A stretch of 13,199 nt of DNA, from NCBI GenBank assembly GCA_000388065.2, contig KB932201.1; one strand, 5' to 3'. The first letter of the stretch is position 1; every line of letters begins with the position of its first letter. The notes beneath the pieces are model-generated. The model worked only from the letters and a program-made list of their open reading frames with translations, searched no databases and was not told the origin of the DNA. The position numbers and the translations under genes were made by a program. Positions 8,502 through 13,199 of this stretch are shown in pieces. This DNA comes from Fonticula alba ATCC 38817 (lineage: Eukaryota; Protista; Nucleariida).

Positions 8502-10241
8502 GGCCTGCTGCTGCCGGTGGGCCCGGCCGACTGCTGGAACGTGGTGCCCGGCAATTACCGGCGGTGCGCCGTGTGCCGGTTCCAGGCGCTCGGCAATGGG
8601 TTTTGCCGGGCCGCCGCGCAGCCGGTGCCCGGCTGCCAGCGCCTGGCCCACCCCCACATCAATGAGGACTGCGCGGTGTGCGAGCCGGGCTACTGCCTGG
8701 ACAGCAATCACAAGTGCCTGCCGGTCGAGGCCCAGCCGGCCGGCGACCTGTGCGGCGACCGGTGCTTCGGCCAGGCCCTGCGGCCGGACGGCTTCGACTG
8801 CGCCGCCTGGCCCATGGCCACCATGGCCCCGTCGGACGATGAGCCGGCCGGCCGGCCGGAGCACCGGCACCTGCTCCGGTGCAGCGCCCCGGGCGTGTGC
8901 TTCCAGTGCCACGACACGTGCGACGAGTGCGCCGGGCCCGGGCCGAAGGACTGCACCGCCTGCCCGGCCGGGCACTTCCTCCTGGCCCACGGCGCCAAGG
9001 ACTTCCCCCAGGCCCGGGTCCATGTGGGGACCTGCATCCGGGGGCACAATGCCCAGGGCGACCCGGCCGCCCCGGCCGGCTGCCCGGCCACCACGGTCAA
9101 CACCGGGCAGGACGTGTGCGTGGCCTGCCGGCAGGACTGCCTCACATGTGACCCGGCCAATCCGGGGCACTGCCTGTCCTGCATGCGGGGGTTCTTCGCC
9201 TGGCCGGATGGTACCTGCTCGGCCACCTGCCCGGAGGGCATGGTCAAGGACTCGCTGGCCGGCCGGTGCGTCCACTGCACGGTGGACCACTGCACCCGCT
9301 GCGTGACGGATAACCCGGGGGTGTGCATCGCCTGCCACGCCGACCGGCCGATCCTCTTCCACAACCAGTGTGTGGACAGCTGCCCGCCGGGGTACCGGCG
9401 GTCCGGCACCGCCTGCCTCCCCTGCAAGGCCAATTGCCTCGAGTGCGATGGAGGCCCGGACAGCTGCTCCACCTGTCGCAGCGGGTTCTTCCTGCGCAAT
9501 GACACCTGCCACAGTGAATGCGGCTGCACGCACTTCTGGGACGAGGACACCCCCGGGGCCGAGCCCGGGTGCCGGATTTGCAGCGCCGCCTGCCACACGT
9601 GCGCCATCCGGGCCACCAACTGCGTGACCTGCCTGCCGGGCATGATGCTGGTCCTGCCGCGCCATGCGCACGAGGACCACCAGTGCGCGGCCACCTGCCC
9701 GGCCGGCTGGTACAAGTCCGGCTCCCTGTGCAAGCCCTGCACCGATCCCAAGTGCGTGGGCTGCTACGGGGGCGGCAACACCTGCCACACATGCGCCCAT
9801 GCCCATGCGGCCTTCGAGCGGCGCGAGTGCTTCAACCCCTGCCCGGAGGGCTACTACAAGTACGACAAGGCGTGCCTCAAGTGCGGCGGCGGCTGCGGGA
9901 CCTGCTACAATGGCCTCGGCATCGGGTGCATCACCTGCCGCGTGGACCCGAACACCCGCATCCCGTTGGTCAAGCGCATGCAGCCCGGCACCTTCGACCA
10001 CACCCTCAACGCCCAGTGCGTCAGCTTCACCACCATCCAGGCCGGCTGGGGGCTGTACTTCCAGGACCAGAAGAACCACTACACCGTGCCGTGCCCGGAA
10101 AACTGCGCCGCCTGCTTCGTCGACCACCCGCACGACCCGGAACTTCGGACCCTCCAGTGCACCGAGTGCGCCAGTGGCTTTGTTCTGGCCGACGACCGCC
10201 AGACGTGCGTCCGGCCGGACGCCGAGGACTCCTCCGCGTGA
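8502..10241 (+). CDS. Gene 3: cysteine-rich furin-like repeat protein, 5'-partial
   Basis: Open from the gap (GLLLPVGPADCWNVVPGNYRRC...) to TGA at 10239-10241. Colinear with gene 2 at offset 3504, eight FU-like repeats, NDT sequon. The same frame left of the gap has a stop at 8427 and no homology, so the true start is missing. Confidence 0.9.
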   Translation, partial: GLLLPVGPADCWNVVPGNYRRCAVCRFQALGNGFCRAAAQPVPGCQRLAHPHINEDCAVCEPGYCLDSNHKCLPVEAQPAGDLCGDRCFGQALRPDGFDCAAWPMATMAPSDDEPAGRPEHRHLLRCSAPGVCFQCHDTCDECAGPGPKDCTACPAGHFLLAHGAKDFPQARVHVGTCIRGHNAQGDPAAPAGCPATTVNTGQDVCVACRQDCLTCDPANPGHCLSCMRGFFAWPDGTCSATCPEGMVKDSLAGRCVHCTVDHCTRCVTDNPGVCIACHADRPILFHNQCVDSCPPGYRRSGTACLPCKANCLECDGGPDSCSTCRSGFFLRNDTCHSECGCTHFWDEDTPGAEPGCRICSAACHTCAIRATNCVTCLPGMMLVLPRHAHEDHQCAATCPAGWYKSGSLCKPCTDPKCVGCYGGGNTCHTCAHAHAAFERRECFNPCPEGYYKYDKACLKCGGGCGTCYNGLGIGCITCRVDPNTRIPLVKRMQPGTFDHTLNAQCVSFTTIQAGWGLYFQDQKNHYTVPCPENCAACFVDHPHDPELRTLQCTECASGFVLADDRQTCVRPDAEDSSA

Positions 10242-10413
10242 GACATGTGCGCTGGTCGGCCTGCGAGCCGGGGGTCGGCCGGGCGGGGCCTGGCCAGAGC
10301 GTGGGCGGCCCCGGAACACAGTCGCAGCCCCTCGGCCCGCGGCCCTTCTAATGGACCATACTGCGGATCGTGCACACGGGTCACCAGAGGTGGTGTCATC
10401 GGCGAGCCGAGGC

Positions 10414-10662
10414 CTGAGAGAGGCAGGGAAGGAGAGGATCGGAGGGGCAGGGGGAAGTAGAGGGTCGGAGGGGCAGGGGGAAGCAGAGGGTCGGAGGGGC
10501 AGGGGGAAGTAGAGGGTCGGAGGGGCAGGGGGAAGCAGAGGGTCGGAGAGTCAGGGGGAAGCAGAGGGTCGGAGAGGGCAAGGAGAAGAAGAGGCTGAGA
10601 GGGCAAGGGGGAAGTAGAGGGTCGGAGAGGCGGGGGGAGGCAGAGGCTGAGAGAGGCAGGGA
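10414..10662 (+). repeat. Purine-rich 26-bp minisatellite TCGGAGGGGCAGGGGGAAGYAGAGGG with degenerate flanking units
   Basis: Units start at 10439, 10465, 10491, 10517, 10543 and 10569 (period 26). The 16-mer CTGAGAGAGGCAGGGA occurs at 10414-10429 and 10647-10662. Confidence 0.93.
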
Positions 10663-11313
10663 GCGGACAAAGCGCGGACACCCGGGCCCAGTCCTCGGAG
10701 TGGCAGGGGAAAAAAAGCCCCTCCCGGATGCCCGTGGGGCCGGGAGCCGAAGGAAAAAATCCGCCCCCCTGGGACATGTCTGCACACAACGACGCCCGCG
10801 GCGGCTTCCCGGCGTACCCGCATTTTATTGGCTGTTTATTGCCTCCCAACAAAAAGTCCTTGCCGCAAACATCGCCTGAAATAGACCCCCCCCCCCTGCG
10901 GCCATCGATCGCCGGGGAGTGATCGGGAAATATTGGCCATGGCCGTGCTGGCGGCGCGGATCGGCAAGCGTGCGAACGGGGGAACGCGAGTGCATTGGCA
11001 GCTGCCGTCCGAAGTGTCTCACCCACAAGTCGCCCTTCGTGAGTCGGGATGCTGGCCGGGTCCACCGCCCGGCCCTGCCCACCGCCCGGCCCTGCCCACC
11101 GTTCGCCGGGCCACGGGGGGGGGAGGCCATTCGTCTCGCGGGCCCGCAGGCCGAGGAGTCGCGACGGGCCCCTCGCGCAGCAGGCCGGGGGACGTCTGTG
11201 TGGGCACGACCGTGCGCGCGCGCGCCTGGCAACGGGCCCCTGCCTGTGGGCGCAGTGTGGCCGGGGCGGGGCGCATGCAGGGGGGCCGCAGCCCCGGGGT
11301 CTGGCCACGACCA

Positions 11314-11336
11314 CCCCCCCCCCCCCCCCCCCCCCC
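11314..11336. repeat. C23 homopolymer
   Basis: Directly read; lies 50 nt upstream of the visible start of the duplicated block. Confidence 0.9.
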
Positions 11337-11979
11337 GGGCGTGGGGCGGCACAAGTCGCCTGGGTGGGGAACGGACCGCCAGCCCCTGGCGCAGCTCCTG
11401 TGTGAGAGGCCGCCGCATGCATTGTTTGGGCGCGAGGGGAGGGGGTTGCCCCTGCGGCTGCCGCAACGACCGCGCCCCCGCCCCCTCCCGACTGTGGCTC
11501 GCCACACGGGAGCAACCGGCTGCAGGGCGGCGGTGCTGCCAGCCGGCATCGGCCCCAGGTGTGGGGCGTCCATCACGACGAGGCCCCTCCCTTTGTCCCT
11601 CCCCGCCCCTGTCCCGCCACCGCCGGCGTCCGTGTGGCCTCCATCGGGTCGGTGTGGCCGACGCCGTCCCGTGGGCCGGGCGCGCGAGCGCGCAGCCACA
11701 CAGGGGGTGACAGTGCGCCGACCCGCGTCCCGAGGCCGGCCCGGAAGCCCGGGCGCAGGACGCCGCGCGTCAGGTGCCCCTGCTTGGACGCGCACCCGGC
11801 CGGGCCAACACCCTGCCCACACGCCTCCCAGCTGGGACTGCCCCCTGTGCATGCGGCCAGGTGTGTGCACGCCTGTGCGAGGGGGCCCATGTGCCCGGAT
11901 CGAGGGGCGGCGCTCCCGGGCGGGCGCACTGCCCCAGCTAGGGATCTATCCTCGGCTCTTCGGCGGGAGCCTGCATGGG

Positions 11980-12011
11980 CCGCCCCGCCTCGGCGAGGGC
12001 CAGTTATAAAG
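11980..12011 (+). promoter_or_regulatory. Putative core promoter of gene 4 (GC box and TATA box)
   Basis: Identical copy of 4170-4201; TATAAA at 12005-12010. Confidence 0.55.
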
Positions 12012-12355
12012 ATGCACCTCGGCACACGGGGCAGCCGGCTCCGATCGCCACCGCGCTCCGAGCCAGCTCCACCGCCCAACCTCCCTGCTGGACCGCCAGC
12101 CAACACCCACACGCACAATCGCGCACCCACACACAGAGACAGACATCGACCGGTACACACTTACACAGGGCCCTACCCACACGCACAATCGCGCACACGC
12201 ACAATCGCGCACACAGGCGCACACGCCCGGCCAGCATCACACGAAGTGCGCACGCACGCACGCGCCCACCCATCTGGCCCTTGCCGCCGCCGCGTCGCGG
12301 GCCCGTGCCGTCTGCACGCCAGCCACCCGGGGCCCGGCCCTCGCGCCTGCGTCTC

Positions 12356-13199
12356 ATGCCTGCCGCGGCCATGCCCGGCGGGGGTGCCGCCGCCCCTCGG
12401 CAGACCCCCCTGCTCGGACTGATGGTCATGCTCCTGGCCAGCCTCATGGCCCTGGCCGCCGGCCAGCAGCCGGCCCTGCCGACCAGCGACTATTGCAATG
12501 GCCCAGGTGCGCCAGGGCCCACGAAGCCCCCGCGGGCAAGGGACCATGCCTTTTCCCGTGCCCCGGCCCCGCCGGCGGCCGGCCGCGCCGACTGACACCC
12601 GCCCCCCCCCCCCTGTGGCACCGGGCTGGCGCCGCGCCCGCAGGCGAGACCGCCTACTCCGGGGGCTGTTACCCGGCCCTGCGGCGCTGCCAGCGGTCCA
12701 TCTACACCCAGGCCGACCTCATCTGCACCCAGTACAAGCCGGAGTACCACACGGTCGATGGGTTTGGCTTCCTGGCGGAGGAGCTGCCGGACCTGGCGGT
12801 ATCCGGGGCCGGGCTCGTGCAAATCGGCCCGGCCGACTGCTGGAACGTGGTGCCCGGCAATTACCGGCGGTGCGCCGTGTGCCGGTTCCAGGCGGCCGGC
12901 GACGGCCTCTGCCGGCCGGAGCCCCTGGCCCATGCCCAATGCACGGCCCTGGCCCACCCCCACATCAATGAGGACTGCGCGGCGTGCGCGCCCGGGCACT
13001 GGCTGGACCTGGACCGCCGGTGTGTCGACACCTGCCCGGCGGCCAGCCACCTCGCCTGCGGGGCCCACTGCATCCCGCGGCACCGGGTGCCGGGCGGCTT
13101 CGAGTGCGCCGCCTGGCCCATGGCCACCATGGCCCCGTCGGACGATGAGCCGGCCGGCCGGCCGGAGCACCGGCACCTGCTCCGGTGCAGCGCCCCGGG
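12356..13199 (+). CDS. Gene 4: 3'-partial identical copy of gene 2, join(12356..12506,12644..>13199)
   Basis: Same signal peptide, intron and N-terminal domain as gene 2 at offset 7810. May be an assembly duplicate rather than an independent locus. Confidence 0.7.
12507..12643 (+). other. 137-nt intron of gene 4
   Basis: GT...ACTGAC...C12...CAG, identical to 4697-4833. Confidence 0.75.

Larger units (their letters stand above)
11387..13199 (+). repeat. Copy 2 of the 1813-bp exact direct repeat (runs to the window end)
   Basis: Identical to 3577-5389 on reading, including the intron C12 length. Confidence 0.97.

Noticed and set aside
7614-10319. 901-aa minus-strand ORF (and the 664-aa ORF at 4680-6674)
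   Set aside because: Antisense shadows of genes 3 and 2: GC3-rich sense codons rarely create antisense stops. The translation is low-complexity A/G/R/V and one ORF crosses a gap.
10439-10594. CRISPR-like periodicity
   Set aside because: Units are contiguous with no unique spacers, there are no cas genes, and the context is eukaryotic.
1665-11278. Recurrent GCATGC hexamers in spacers (ten counted, e.g. 1665, 2784, 2806, 3492, 7432, 8263)
   Set aside because: No positional pattern, and it cannot be separated from dinucleotide bias without a background model.

Overview
Very GC-rich (about 70% by eye) eukaryotic scaffold segment with two 10-N gaps (3567-3576, 8492-8501). It holds a head-to-tail, + strand array of four paralogous genes for cysteine-rich furin-like (FU, CxxC-type) repeat proteins. 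Gene 1 (exon 20-1617) lacks its first exon. Gene 2 is complete: join 4546-4696, 4834-6782, 699 aa, with a signal peptide, one phase-1 GT-AG intron and an upstream GC box and TATA box. Gene 3 (8502-10241) has its 5' end lost in a gap. Gene 4 (12356 to the window end) is base-for-base identical to gene 2 over the visible part, inside a 1813-bp exact direct repeat (offset 7810). The proteins share an N-terminal Cys/His domain I do not recognise, followed by 6-8 FU repeats, and none of the three visible C-termini has a membrane anchor. Genes 2 and 3 are a patchwork of identical and highly divergent segments, which suggests gene conversion in a diversifying secreted-protein family. The three spacers look unrelated to each other and contain a 26-bp purine minisatellite, a (GGCT)11 microsatellite, perfect palindromes and long C/G runs. 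The style fits a GC-rich protist such as Fonticula, but that is a guess. Most long ORFs in the track are GC-shadow frames. No RNA gene, transposon or CRISPR array was supported.
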